Shown here piece by piece: positions 1 to 14,184 of a DNA stretch of 64,000 bases; positions within the stretch are counted from its first letter, which is position 1; every line of letters starts with the position of its first letter. Under the pieces are notes generated by a model, which searched no databases, was not told where the DNA came from, and worked only from the letters and a program-made list of their open reading frames with translations. The stretch is taken from positions 4,221,830 to 4,285,829 of the forward strand of contig NC_068991.1 in the NCBI RefSeq assembly GCF_001194135.2, in the 5' to 3' direction. Position numbers and translations under genes: made by a program. The stretch comes from Octopus bimaculoides. Taxonomy: Eukaryota.

Positions 1-32
1 ACTTTTATGTAACATAAATACCACATTGTCTT

Positions 33-263
33 GTGGAGGCGCATGGCTTTTTGGTCGGGAGGTGTTGCGCTCATGATCAAAAGGTAACGGTTTCACTTCC
101 TGGAGCGGGCGACGCGTTAGTAGTCTTGAACAGAAACACTTCGTCTCACGTTGCTTCGGTCCACTCAGCCGGCAGGAATGAGCAACCCTGCGATGGACCA
201 TTCAGGTGGGGAAACCAGGAAACCAGGAAACGCTACGGAGACCAGGAAACCAGCCCCTACGAG
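33..263 (+). mobile_element. tRNA-derived CORE-type SINE, family A head with alternative tail
   Basis: tRNA-like head GTGGAGGCGCATGGC followed by CORE-like GTCTTGAACAGAAACACTTCGTCTCACGTTGCTTCGGTCCACTCAGC, similar to the copies at 14784 and 59768; tail contains GGAAACCA repeats. Confidence 0.7.
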
Positions 264-913
264 GCAGTATACAATTTTACCTTTCTGCCTCAGTAGAAGT
301 TAATTTTCAATCCATCTGTGATTCGAAACTGATTCACTATTTTGTATAATGAAACACTTTAGCCTGTAATCACTGCAATTAATATTTTGTTAATGTGTAT
401 TTCTCTGAGTAGTTGTTATCAGTCAATAATTCAAATTGAGTGAAAATCATCGTCAGGATGTTTATGAATTGGGCTAAGCTTGCATAAATAAATAATATCG
501 AAGGGAATTGATAACTCTCGTAGGGGATGAGTCAAAAGATTGTCGTGACGATACATATGATTAATAAATTATCCTGGATTGGGTGGAATCTAACTAAATT
601 ATGTGTGCACACAAACAGAAAAAAAACCCACAGTATAGATAAAAAAATATAAATATTTGGATGTTTTTGTTGCGTAATGCAGAAATTCGTAAAGCAACCG
701 TATTAACGTACTCCCGTTTATATGAAAATATCAATTTTTCGCCAACGATGCGAATTCAGTTAATTGCATACTGCGGATAATTGCATTGATATTGCAGCCA
801 TCGAGAATATACTGTAAGACGAATAGGTTGTGGTATAGAAATTAAGGCTAATGTGCAGCGTTGATATCAGTTTAGGACTAGAATCCCTCGACTGATTTGT
901 AGAATTCAATAGA

Positions 914-1170
914 GGTGCAAGCATGGCTGTGTGGGTAAAACAGTTTTGTGATATCTTCGTGTATTTGGGTACTCATTATCATAATGTTGTGGTTTCAATT
1001 CTTGGAGTGTTCCCTTGAGCAAGACACTTCATTTCACGTTGATGAAACCCGCTCAGCTGGCAAAAGTTAATAATCCTGCAGTCAACCGGTACCCTACCCA
1101 GGGGATAAGCACATACGGAAACATGGAACCTGGCCCCGGTTATGTCCATTAGGCTTGAAAGGATGCTTTA
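914..1170 (+). mobile_element. Diverged CORE-type SINE
   Basis: Contains CCCTTGAGCAAGACACTTCATTTCACGTTG...CTCAGCTGGCAAAA, shared with other family A copies in the window. Confidence 0.6.
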
Positions 1171-1723
1171 TTTATTGATGGAAATTTAGCTGTTATTTCT
1201 AGCTAATGTAATCGCTATGCTAAGCATTCAAATGTTGGCGACGATAATTTTACTTTATCGATGAAACAGTAAAAGTCAAGTTTTCGAACAATCTACATGA
1301 AAACATGTCAGGACTATAAGAAATACTTCTTTGCTTACAAAAAAAATTGAGCGTTGTCTACCATAAAGAATCTCCTATCATCCACCATAGAGGGCATTCA
1401 CCATAGAGTTAGTTACTCCTTTTGTCAAGTCCATGCAAGTAAGGACAAGCAATTCAGTTACCACTGTGTGCCTTCTTTTGTTCTCTTAAAGATTTTCCAG
1501 TTAGGAAGGATATTGTACATTTGTCCATGATTCATATGCGGCTTTATTTTGTTTCCCGAAGAATTCTGATGTTTCCATGAGCACAGTGTATGATTTCTGG
1601 TATTATAAACATGGGTGCATATGTCACGGAATTCATTGAACACGCTTACGCTTCCTCCATCGTTTCTTACGTCCACCCTTCCCATTCATCTACCCAAATA
1701 TCCAATCTCTGACTCAAACTTAT

Positions 1724-1808
1724 ACACACACACACACATACATACATACACACATACATACATACATACATACATACATACATACATACATACATACATA
1801 CATACATA
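1724..1808. repeat. (AC)n/(ACAT)n microsatellite
   Basis: Directly visible tandem repeat. Confidence 0.95.
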
Positions 1809-1995
1809 CTGTCGTAACGCACAATCAATCCAAGCATTGCCATAAAGAAACACACACAATATATTAGTTAATATGTCTGAGGCATAGAGGAGGAAATTAA
1901 TTAACCTTTAGCTAGCCCTTGATTAATTAACGGGCTTCTATCTCATACATACCCCCAACCTGCATCATTCACCCATTTTTCTCTCTCATTGCCTT

Positions 1996-2049
<54 letters not shown>

Positions 2050-2111
2050 CTACTCTCGTTATCTATCTATGTAGCCATCCCTCTCTCTCTCTTCTCTCTC
2101 TTTATATGCAT

Positions 2112-2563
2112 NNNNNNNNNNNNNNNNNNNNNNNNNNNNNNNNNNNNNNNNNNNNNNNNNNNNNNNNNNNNNNNNNNNNNNNNNNNNNNNNNNNNNNNNN
2201 NNNNNNNNNNNNNNNNNNNNNNNNNNNNNNNNNNNNNNNNNNNNNNNNNNNNNNNNNNNNNNNNNNNNNNNNNNNNNNNNNNNNNNNNNNNNNNNNNNNN
2301 NNNNNNNNNNNNNNNNNNNNNNNNNNNNNNNNNNNNNNNNNNNNNNNNNNNNNNNNNNNNNNNNNNNNNNNNNNNNNNNNNNNNNNNNNNNNNNNNNNNN
2401 NNNNNNNNNNNNNNNNNNNNNNNNNNNNNNNNNNNNNNNNNNNNNNNNNNNNNNNNNNNNNNNNNNNNNNNNNNNNNNNNNNNNNNNNNNNNNNNNNNNN
2501 NNNNNNNNNNNNNNNNNNNNNNNNNNNNNNNNNNNNNNNNNNNNNNNNNNNNNNNNNNNNNNN
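2112..2563. other. Assembly gap (first of many)
   Basis: N run. Others at 8032-8245, 15614-15766, 18792-19120, 20063-20672, 21662-22218, 39125-39481, 41495-41566, 43819-44141, 52958-53286, 55185-55284, 58717-59070, plus several 10-N gaps. Nearly all abut microsatellites. Confidence 0.99.
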
Positions 2564-4347
2564 TATATATATACACATATATATATACATATGTATGTAT
2601 GTATGTATGTTTGTATGAGAATGAGGGAGAATGAGAGAGGAGTGCTGAGAAGCTAGTTAAGAACTTGTTCATTTTTTGGTATAGTTTAGTTCGCAAGAGC
2701 GTAAAGTTGTCAGTCTGATTCTTCGACTGGTCTTTATGTGTTCTTGCGCAACGGAATTCATTTCAAATTACAGCTGTTTACTCAGCTCAAATGGAAGCCC
2801 CATTGCCTTCAGTAGTCACGTTCCCTAGCCAATTCAAACGAAGTCCCAGGTAGAATGAGGCGTCTGTGCCCACTTGTTGCCAAGGAAGGGTCTAAAACAT
2901 ATAGCAAACAAACTACAGATGCTACGAAATTATACTCTCTTGTGAGAAGAACACCAGCTTTTCAACATTTGTATTGGGATAGTTATAACATAGCTACGAA
3001 TATAAATTTAGATATATCTTCCGTGTCTAGCATCAGTCGAATTCTGATTACTTCACTAAAGAAAAATGCGAATGTCTCATGGGAAACTGATTTCAATAAA
3101 TTTTAAATTCCAGATTGTAGGCGCAGACATGGCTGTATGGTTAAGAGGAGACATATGTCTTGTATATGTGAATTTGGTACAGAGTGAAAAGGCAGAAGCC
3201 AGACACGTACATACATACATGCATACATACATATATACATACATACAACTTGCAGAGTAATCCCATACTATTTTCGAGTGTGTGTGTCTGTGTGTCTGGG
3301 TGTGTCTGTGTGTGTGTGTGTGTGTGTCTGTGTGTGTCTGTGTATGTGTCTGTGTCTCTGTCTGTGCGCACCTTTGCCATCCCTCGAAGTTCAGGACTGA
3401 AGTTAAACTTTTTTTTACGTGTTGTATGCTGGCGGTTTGGGAAAAGGTTCTGAAAGAAAAAAAAGTACCCAGATATTAAAAAGGTATAAGTGGAAGCGGT
3501 AGGTTTTATTCTGTTCTTGAAGGTGGTGCCCCTAAATAGTCGTAACCCCGTAGCGCAATATGTGAAACAGCTAAGGAATCTAAACTGTTATAGTGACTGC
3601 TTTTTTTATACTCAAATTTTACTGCGGTATTGGTACGCCAATTCAACCCGTGTAGTATTGCGGCTGAGCGTGCATTAATCATCTCATATGACGATATTCA
3701 GGTGATATTCTTTCGAGAAATAGTATTGAATAAGGTTTTGACGTCCTTATAATATTTTGAATGTGTTGGCGTCCTTATAATCTTTGATACATAATCATAT
3801 TGGTGATAGTTTCACAGAGCGTGAATCGATTTAAACGTCTCTATATTTCAGTTGAATCTGTATCCCTGTTACTCATTCTTTATATCGATGTTACTTTCTA
3901 TTCCTTCTCGACAAAATCATATCCTCCGAATGACAGCTAAGATAGCGCTTGTTGGTTCGTGTCACTACAAACTGTGATGCTTTCTGTAACATAACTAAGT
4001 ATTGCCATCAACTGATACGCAGCTTTTGTTGTATAGGTATACAGTGTGCGTGATCATGAACCAGTAGCGATCATCCAGTGAACACTTGCCTTTCAACTAA
4101 CTTCATGATCTCTATGTAGCATAATTCTTACACATGAATGTGTGTACGTATGTATGTATATACGTATGTACGTGTGAACGTTCTTTTCTGTTCTTAATTA
4201 TTTGGATGATTTTTGCATTGCAGATGTTGGTTACAAGCACCAATGTATGTATGTGTATATATATATATATATATGAATACATAAACACATATATTTGTGT
4301 GTATATGTGTATATATGTATATATATGAATATATATATGAATATATA

Positions 4348-4382
<35 letters not shown>

Positions 4383-4747
4383 GCATGTGTGTAGATAGAT
4401 AGATAGTTAGATAGAGAAAGTGCGAGAGGGATATGTATGCATCTATATATGTGCATATATATACATATTTGATTGAAGGCGCTTTTATTTAATACATCAG
4501 TTGCGAAGACCAATTTTAGCCTCATGCTATTTGTTCCATGTAAGCAGACATTTTCCATGGATGCATTGGAACGGTTGGTGGCTAATAGATAATGTGTGAA
4601 GGATCTGATGTGATACTTAAAGACCATCTCTCTCTCTCTTCTTTCTTTCTTTCTCTCTCTCTAACTATCCATATCTATACATCTATGCCTACACATACAC
4701 AGAGAAATATATGTGTGTGCATTGTATGTATGTATATGCACCCCCCC

Positions 4748-4799
<52 letters not shown>

Positions 4800-4841
4800 G
4801 GATATATATATATATATTTCTACATAATGTGTGAAGGATAA

Positions 4842-5207
4842 AGTGCTTAGCGGCATTTCGCCTGTCTTTACGTTCTGAGTTCAAATTCCGCCGCGGTCGA
4901 CTTTGCCTTTTATCCTATCGGGGGACGATAAATTAAATACCATTTCCGTACTGGGATCGATTTAATCGACTAGTCCCTTCTCCCTAAATATCAGGCCTTG
5001 TGCCTAGAGTAGAAAAGTATCGCTCGCGCCCGGACGAAATGCTAAGCGGCACATCACCTGTTTTTACGTTCTGATTTCAAATTCCTTCAAGATCGAATTT
5101 GCTTTTCATCATTTTTGGGTCGATAAAATACTAGTTGAATACTGGGATCAATGTAATCGCTTCATCCCCTTCCCCAAAATGCTGCCCCTGTAGCAAAATT
5201 TGACACC
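4842..5207 (+). mobile_element. Tandem pair of family B SINEs
   Basis: Two consecutive copies of the TGCT(T/A)AGCGGCA...TACGTTCTGA(G/T)TTCAAATTCC...GACTTTGCCTTT(T/C)ATCC...GATAAA pattern; followed by (TAG)n. The TTTCATCCTTTCGGGGTCGATAAA block resembles, from memory, the Meta/MESC SINE domain (inference). Confidence 0.8.
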
Positions 5208-5257
5208 ATTATTATTAGTAGTAGTAGTAGTAATAGTAGTAGTAATAGTAGTAGTAA

Positions 5258-5301
<44 letters not shown>

Positions 5302-5330
5302 ACAACAACAGCAGCAGCAGCAGCAGCAAT
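5208..5330. repeat. Compound trinucleotide repeat (ATT)(TAG/TAA)n(AAC)(CAG)
   Basis: Directly visible. Confidence 0.95.
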
Positions 5331-5592
5331 AACACTATTTGATGATGTATTTTCCACATGAAATAAAATGGTGGCTTTTCATGTTACTCTGCACATTTCC
5401 GTAGTAATTGTTAATGGCGTCGTTGGCCATGATATTTTCATGTATACGATGTGTTGATACAATGGCGTTGACATGGCCTATCGCATGGTCAGAGTGTTAA
5501 CGCTCATGCTATTGATGTTGTTAATGTTTAATATGGATGTCGTCATAGCTATGGTTACGTTTAGAGTAAGAGAGAGAGAGAGATAGAAAGAG

Positions 5593-5634
<42 letters not shown>

Positions 5635-5888
5635 AAGGAGACACAAAGAGAACAATGAAATATATTGTGTTTTTTTAAGGTAGCAATGACAGAGAATGTT
5701 ATTACGAGAGCGATCGACAACGAGGGTTATGGTGTACGGTAAATTTATTATATACCTGTTGTGATAATAGTGGATAACAGTGGATTTTATTGAGTAGAAT
5801 TGCATCATTACCAAGCAAAGCTTTAAGTAAAGAATGGTGTGCGTATGCTGTTCAATATATGTATGTATATACGTAAATTTGAGCAAAT

Positions 5889-6241
<353 letters not shown>

Positions 6242-6556
6242 TGTTTTTTTACATATAAACATACCCCTATATGGGAGATCGCACGTTTTTATGAGTAGTG
6301 TTTACATGTCATATATAACAGCTTTGGGATATTATAGTTATACACATATACGATAAATTTGAAAATTTGATTTGTGAGACAATAAAAGAATGCATACATA
6401 TACTATACACGTGGGAACATACACACATACATATATATATGCATAAACAAATGTATATATAAATATTTATATAGACATGCGTGTGTGTATATGCTTGTAT
6501 ATATGCATACATCAATGGATGTATATGTATACATAAAGAGTTTGTGTTGATGTGTT

Positions 6557-6625
<69 letters not shown>

Positions 6626-7236
6626 ACATTCGCACATGTTCTTGTAAGTTAGTTGCATAATTTTCTCTGCTCGTGTACATGTATGTATATATTGTAATGC
6701 AAGTGTACGTTGGTGTGTATACTTGTAGGAGCATGCTTGTGTATGAAAAGCCTCGTCCTTAATATTCTTGTGGACAATTGATAGCATATCCACAGGCAGC
6801 TTCAGAAACAATGCATTTAAAGCAGAATCTATAGCTTAAGCGAAGAAAGAAAATCCAATATTCAAATAAAACATTAATGTAACACACTCACACATACAAA
6901 CACTCACACACGCATACAGACCAAGCAAACACACAGACAAGCAAACACACAGACACAAACCTTAAGCAGCTATAACAAATGGTAATACAAAATCGATAAA
7001 GATTACAAAACGTTGAACAAAATGGTGAACACATTAGAAAAAGGCCCTATCGCTGCGTTATCATAAATTGTTGAAAAGCTTTGCTTTGTGCGAGCTTTGA
7101 CACAGATAATCCAATAAGGGCCTCGGTTAGATCTCAGCATGGGGTTTGAAAACAGTAATTAATTAGATCTAACCATGGGGATCTAGAGGAAGCCGCTCGT
7201 TATATATGTATGTAATACATGTACGAGTGATGTATA

Positions 7237-7271
<35 letters not shown>

Positions 7272-7634
7272 TATATATGTGTGTGTGTGTATGCGTGTGT
7301 GCGTGCGTGTTTGTGTGTTTCTGTGTCGGATGAATGTGTGCATATATATCGTACGTATTCATCTATGATTCTATTCATTTATTTATACATAGGCACACAT
7401 TCTCACGTACATACACAAACACACACATATGTATATATACGTGCAGATATGAATATAGAAATATAGCTATATAAATGCTTATATATGTGTATGTGTGTGT
7501 GTGTGTGTGTGTTCGTGCGTGTGCACATTCATACATATATAGACATACATATGTATACATGCATGGTTGTGTATGCATATACATGTGGGTGTAAATGCAC
7601 GTGCATGTACACACACACGCACAAACACATACAG

Positions 7635-7693
<59 letters not shown>

Positions 7694-7761
7694 CACACGG
7701 GTAGGCATATATATATATATATACATAGAGAGAGAGAGAGATATATGCATACATACATACA

Positions 7762-7793
<32 letters not shown>

Positions 7794-7995
7794 CATACAT
7801 ACATGTGTATGCAGACTCACAAGCGTATAGATAGTGGCAAGCACAAACATTACACTTTCGCCCTCACATACACTTATGTATGTGTGTAAGAGCATACAGT
7901 GATAAATGTATAAACGTATTATATATATGTGTGTGTGTGTGTGTGTGTTTGTGTGTGTGAGTGTGTATGCATATATATATATACGTATATATCTG

Positions 7996-8031
<36 letters not shown>

Positions 8032-10089
8032 NNNNNNNNNNNNNNNNNNNNNNNNNNNNNNNNNNNNNNNNNNNNNNNNNNNNNNNNNNNNNNNNNNNNN
8101 NNNNNNNNNNNNNNNNNNNNNNNNNNNNNNNNNNNNNNNNNNNNNNNNNNNNNNNNNNNNNNNNNNNNNNNNNNNNNNNNNNNNNNNNNNNNNNNNNNNN
8201 NNNNNNNNNNNNNNNNNNNNNNNNNNNNNNNNNNNNNNNNNNNNNTATATATAACCTGCGTATACACATCAGTACAGGATATAACATGTTGCCTGAACCG
8301 CATACATATATATATATATACACATGTACTTTCTATTATTTAAAAAAAAAGTTATTGAAATCCTGTGATGTGAAACGGCCCCCATGAAAATATCTGCAGA
8401 AAATTTTTTCATATCTCTATACAATTTTTGAATTTCAAACGATCTCTGCATGATAGCTGTACATGCTTATATTAGTTTTCAAGTTTGTTTTGATAATATG
8501 GCATTCATTTATTTTTATTCCAATTTTTGCTACATGGTTATATTTTTCGCGTGAATATTAAATTTAGTATTTTTTTTAATGCTTTCCTCATGACAAAATC
8601 TACAATGGTGACAAAATGTATTTTGCCATTCCACTTAACTCTTACTTAGTTTATGATGACATCAATACAATTTGTGACAATATATGATATTAGCTTTCGT
8701 TCAAGAGGGATCGCAAAATCTTGATACTGCAACATTTTCCTTTTCCTTTCTTTGTTGTATTTTGTGTATTATATGGGGTTGGTTCCCATCCTATCTTTCT
8801 TTATCTAATGAATTTTCAGGGTTTTTGATCTATTAGTAAATCGATAATTTGGAGTGCCAGTTAAAGAGCTTCAATACAGTTAGCGTGCAGAATCCAGTCG
8901 CCAAATATTTCATAAAAATTCTTATGCCTTTGTTTGAAGTGGAAGCTTTAGGTCAAGTTGCCTTCAAGAAAGAACCGGAGCGAAATCCAAAGCAGCTCTC
9001 TGTGATAATGCATATTTGTGCATCTACACCGCCTTGCTTAATATGCAGGTTTCAATTCCGCAGTTTTTGAAGAATAGTACAGTTAGATTATTTGTATGGT
9101 ATTCAAAATGCAATGTGCCGTTCAATGGTATCTCACATTTTGAATGGTGAAAGTGAATACATATGAAGCATCCATAACTTGGAGCAAAATATTTCCTTTG
9201 AAAAGCATCCGTTTGTAACCGAATTTTTATTTTTTCATTTCTCACCGATATACATCATGGAAAGATTTCTACAGGCACACATATTTAGGAATTCAGTATA
9301 CTTCCCTAAAATTCGTGCCTACCAAAATTGCACTCTCAAGATATTACTCATGTTGAGGCAATGAGTGAAGATACTTGCTCCAGCAGCATAGGATCCGCAC
9401 AGCGTTTCTCCGAAGAGAACTCTTAACTTCACGCTTCCCCCGAACTTTTAGAGCAGAGAATTTTCTTGTTTTCGCATATGTATCAGGCACTAAACACTAA
9501 ATCCCCCATTTCATTTGGATAAAATTTGAACCAGATTTTTAATCAAAGGAATATATTTATGATTAACGGGTTATTTCTTAATTTTCATTTACCACATTCG
9601 GATGTCTATTCATTTATTTGTTATAACTTCACCTAGCCTAGATATAAGCTGAACTGCACCCGGATCCGATCTCAATTGCCTGTTTTAGAGAGCTGGATAT
9701 TTGCGATAACAAACCTCAGCTTAATGCCATGTTAATTGATTATCAAAGAATGACAGAATCGTATAGAAGCTGCTTCAATAATGAAACACGATATGTAAAC
9801 ACGATATATAAGCACAATATGGATCATGTGGGGAAAATAGCTAATTAAATTGTTAATTAACAAATTTTTGTTGATGTTTATGTTATTTTCGGAGTGATGT
9901 CATCACTGGTCGCGCAGTTCTCTGATTAAAACTTTATTTCTACGATCCTGTCTAATTCTAAGACGCAATTTTCTGTCAACATCTTTTACAATATCTCCTT
10001 GTTTCGAAATCAAGACAGGGTCAGATTTGAACCGGGCTGCTGTATTCAGCGGACCCGATGTACACATTAACCGCTCATTGAAAATAAAC

Positions 10090-10120
<31 letters not shown>

Positions 10121-10184
10121 TGATAGAAAGGAAAACAAAAGAAAGAAAGAGATCTCGATATTATGTAAATAGAGGAATTTATCT

Positions 10185-10247
10185 GTAAAAATATGTGACA
10201 CTTATTCGGTAGCCATGATAGAACTCCGAGTTTCGGATACCGCGGTG
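10185..10247 (-). mobile_element. 5'-truncated copy of the hammerhead-bearing repeat found at 23.2 kb
   Basis: Reverse complement CACCGCGGTATCCGAAACTCGGAGTTCTATCATGGCTACCGAATAAGTGTCACATATTTTTACA aligns with 23271-23332; lacks the CTGANGA half. Confidence 0.75.
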
Positions 10248-10389
10248 TTGATTCAATTGTCGCGTTAGATTTTTAAATCGTTAATTTTTTTTTTTTTTTA
10301 TGATTTCCGTGATGCATATTTATTTCGGGGTATACATATATACATATGCAGACATACACATATATACATAAATGCATCCACATACACAA

Positions 10390-10426
<37 letters not shown>

Positions 10427-11448
10427 ATCAATCAAATTCCATTAACACAGATTAGGTAATCTGAGGCTATATTCGAGGATCCCTGTGTCGGTTGATGCAC
10501 CTTGCTTTCGAGTCGGGGAATACAGAATTGTGAAGCAAAATTCTAAATCGTAGATCTTCTGCGGCACCTAACTAAATGAAGTGTAGGAGATAACATTTTG
10601 ATGGTGATATCTATCCTCTATTCTCTCCGAGATTAAAAAGCCATAGCATTATGAAAATGGTATTTAAACGAGGTTCAAGCCCCTCATCCGAATATACTTC
10701 AGTAGTTTCTTTCACAATCATACTGCGTCACAAATAATGAATTCCCTTTATTTCCTAATTAACATCTAAACGTTGCAAATTAACAAACTCATTATATTGT
10801 CAGATAAGGTGTCTTGTAATATTTATTCAAGCGCTCTAGACTCTGAATTCAAATGTGGCCGAAGGAAATCTTTCCTTTTTCATTTCGGAGGTCGAGAAAT
10901 CGAAAACAGTCCTGTGCAGTTGATTCGCCAAATCATTAGAACGTTGGAGCTGGTGCCAAGCGTTATTTGTTCCGGTTCGTACTTATTTGAGCGGAAAATT
11001 CGCAGTGGCTACGAGTGCTGTAGACTTATTTCGTATTTTGTGCAACAGCAAGGGCTGGAATTTGGGTACATTTTATGAGTTGCAATAAGACTCCATGTTA
11101 GCATTTTTATACATGCCTTAGTTGAAATAACATCGCGAGCCAATATCTTGGATATAAATATTGGAATATGATATAGAAGCAAGGTTAGTGAAATAAATAT
11201 TATTGACCACACATCTTAAAGTACAATGCTTTGTATATTTGTCTGTAGGCTGCGATATGGCGTAGTGGAGAAGATTGTCTCAAACCGACGGGTGATAAAA
11301 CACCAGAAGGTTATGGATGTGCGCCTTTCATGACTGCAGAGGTTTTAACAATTATTAGAAATCCAACTGCTGGAAGCAGTGGAGCCTGCTTTCACTTCTA
11401 AAAATCCATCCCAACTCTCACTTGTTTGCGAGGCTTTATTGCTACTGT

Positions 11449-11646
11449 ATTTCATCCTGCCAAGAAAATCCAACAAAAGCAAAGCAAACTAACGTTATAC
11501 TGAGTCGTCAAAATGAAAATATATTATCTGCGTAATAGCAAAGCATGTTAGTATACTGGAAGGTTTCTAAACGAGTTTATAATTGTCCATCGTATTTTTG
11601 GCATTAATAGTAATCAATAAAATGTAACAACTGCTGTTTCTCTCTC
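11449..11646. repeat. Local duplication, copy 1 (partner 14185-14370)
   Basis: ATTTCATCCTGCCAA...GCAAAGCAA.CTAACGTTATA.TGAGTCGTCAAAATGAAAATAT.TTATCTGCGTAATAGCAAAGC...TTTTTGGCATTAAT...CAACTGCTGTTTC occurs twice. Confidence 0.9.
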
Positions 11647-13455
11647 AAATATTGCCTATCAACTCGAGGAAATATAGCTACTTTAAAGCTTATTAATCCA
11701 CTTATAAAATACCATTAATGAAATTTTAATTGTACTTACCAAAATGTCGGACAGCTCATCTCATGGTTCCGGTCTTTTGGTTGCTATGGAGAATATATTG
11801 AAAATATATTGACTTTTCATTAACGTTCTGATTTCCAGACATTTTGCTTTTCGCTTTTACCTGTTCAATTTAAAAATTATTTTTGTTATTTGCTTTCGTG
11901 TTGTACGATATTTAAATAACACTATACACATCAATCAATCAATACATACATACATACATACATATATATATAATTATGTCTATATATTTGTATATATATA
12001 TTTATATACATATATACATTATGTATATATATGTGTATCTATATATGTTATATTTTTTGATATGTATATATGTATATATTTACTTTTATATATATAATTA
12101 TATTTAGTACGTAACATTTGTTTTATATTTATATATGTGTGTATATATATGTATGTATGTATGTATGCATGCATGTACGTGTATACATACATATATAATG
12201 CATTCCCTTTATATCGATCAATGTATATTCTTGCGTCGACCTACTTCAATGTTCATTCATGTCTGTCTCTCTAATTACGTCGCTTCCTCTTGTTGCACAT
12301 TCCATCGTTTACATCATTGATGAAAAATATGTAAAAGTAAAACGAAGGCTAATGGTTTATATCAGTAATGCTCACATAGCAAAGACTTAGACAATGCATC
12401 TGTCTCATTTAATTCCTTTGATGTTATACGGAGGATAAGACACGAAGAAGAAAATGCCATCCCTTTCGATAATTACCACTGTAATGCAGTTGTCTTCTAG
12501 GCGTCACTACCTGGGGAAATATTTCATATTTCATGTTTTTGGGATCACCTCAATATTGTTTCGCTTTACCATGTCTTCTATTTCCTAGTCCTGCAGTTGT
12601 CTTTCCTGAGAGAACTTCGTTTCAGACCATACTTGTCATTCAGTTATGATGTTATTTCATATGTAATTTTTGAGAACTACCGCTCCTTACCAGGATATGT
12701 TTGGTATATTCTCTTGCTAGTGTTTCAGTAGTATCTAGAAAATTGATAGTGTAGGGGTGCTAACCCTATGCCTAATCCCCTCCTCCTTTCTCAGTCGTGT
12801 ATAGGTCTGCCTATGTGTATGTGTGCGTATGCGTCTGTGTTTGGATACAGGTGTGAAGTCATATCAATTTTCTATACCGTATCGGTTACAAATGTTTGCA
12901 TAAGGCCATCAATTTCGGTGAAAGGGGAAAACGATTGCATTGACCCCGATGATCAACTGTATCGACCCCGAAAGGATAATAGGCAACGTCGACCTCGGCA
13001 AACACAGAACGTGAGGATAGACGCAATACCGCCAAGAAAGTTGCCCGGCGTGCTAACGATTCAGCAAGCACACTGCCCTAATTTTGGTATTATGCCAGCA
13101 ATTTTGAGGGTAGAGGGAAGTAAAATATATTGCTCACAGTAATTAAGTCGCCCTTATTTTATTAATCACAAAACAATTCCTTGGTGAAATTTGAACTCAG
13201 AACGTAAATACGGACGAAGTGACGCTAAGCATTTTACAGGTTGTGCTTAACGATTCTGCCAATTGGTTACCTTAGTTTTCTACATCATATAGATTTCTAA
13301 TTTTGGCTCAAGTCTTTCATTTCAAATCCTATACCTTCCGGTTGACCAGGTCACTTTGCTTTTCGTAATTTGTGAATCTCACAGAGGGCGGCAAATCTTA
13401 TATTTTAAAATCATGAAGTATTTTTGTTTTCTGTAGCAAGTGATAGAGAGAGGAG

Positions 13456-13505
<50 letters not shown>

Positions 13506-14184
13506 TAGAGAGAGAGAGAGAGAGAGAGAGTGTGTGTGTGTGTGTGTGTGTGGCAGTTGGGCACCCGTGCACTTTGGATATGGGTGTAAAGGAATATCAA
13601 TTCACCACAAAATTAAATTTATGTAGGGTGTAACTACACATTTGCATAACATTTTACAATGCAATTTTTGGTATATACATTTATGGACTCCGTCGATTGT
13701 TTATGCAGTTGCTGTGACGATGTTTTTTTACAGCTAATGATGTTGTATAAACTTTCAGCTCGGCCTTAATACAGTTCGTTTGATATCCATCACTGTTCAG
13801 CCATAATAATTTCGCCAAAATCTCTGCAGCTTTGTCTCCATAATCGAATCTGCCATTCAAGTTTTTAATACGGCTATGTGTGATATCATGAACTTTCAAT
13901 TGCTGTTTTGAACAAGTCACACATCGATGCATGGGAACCTTCATTAGCGTCATCAGGACTGACGAACCAGCTTCTGTTGTGCTTAAATACAGGCCGGCCA
14001 TGATCCAACCATATCGACAGTCAAAAGTATTTCAATCATGATCATCCCATATTATATTTTCTGGTAAAGGATTATCCAGTTATCGCAAGTAATTTTCTTA
14101 AGATGATAAGGTGTCAATTGATAACGATTTGGTTGCTATTTCTAGCTCAATGAAACACCAATGCAGAGAGTTCCTCGTTGACAC

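Noticed and set aside
2790-2892. Minus-strand LPWQQVGTD resembling a Gypsy integrase motif
   Set aside because: The flanking residues do not continue the integrase pattern.
11249-11401. Plus-strand candidate exon AAIWRSGEDCLKPTGDKTPEGYGCAPF...ACFHF*
   Set aside because: No recognisable homology and no linked exons.
12608-12645. Minus-strand CTGAATGA...GAAAC-GAA-GT hammerhead-like string
   Set aside because: Non-canonical core and no stem I pairing.
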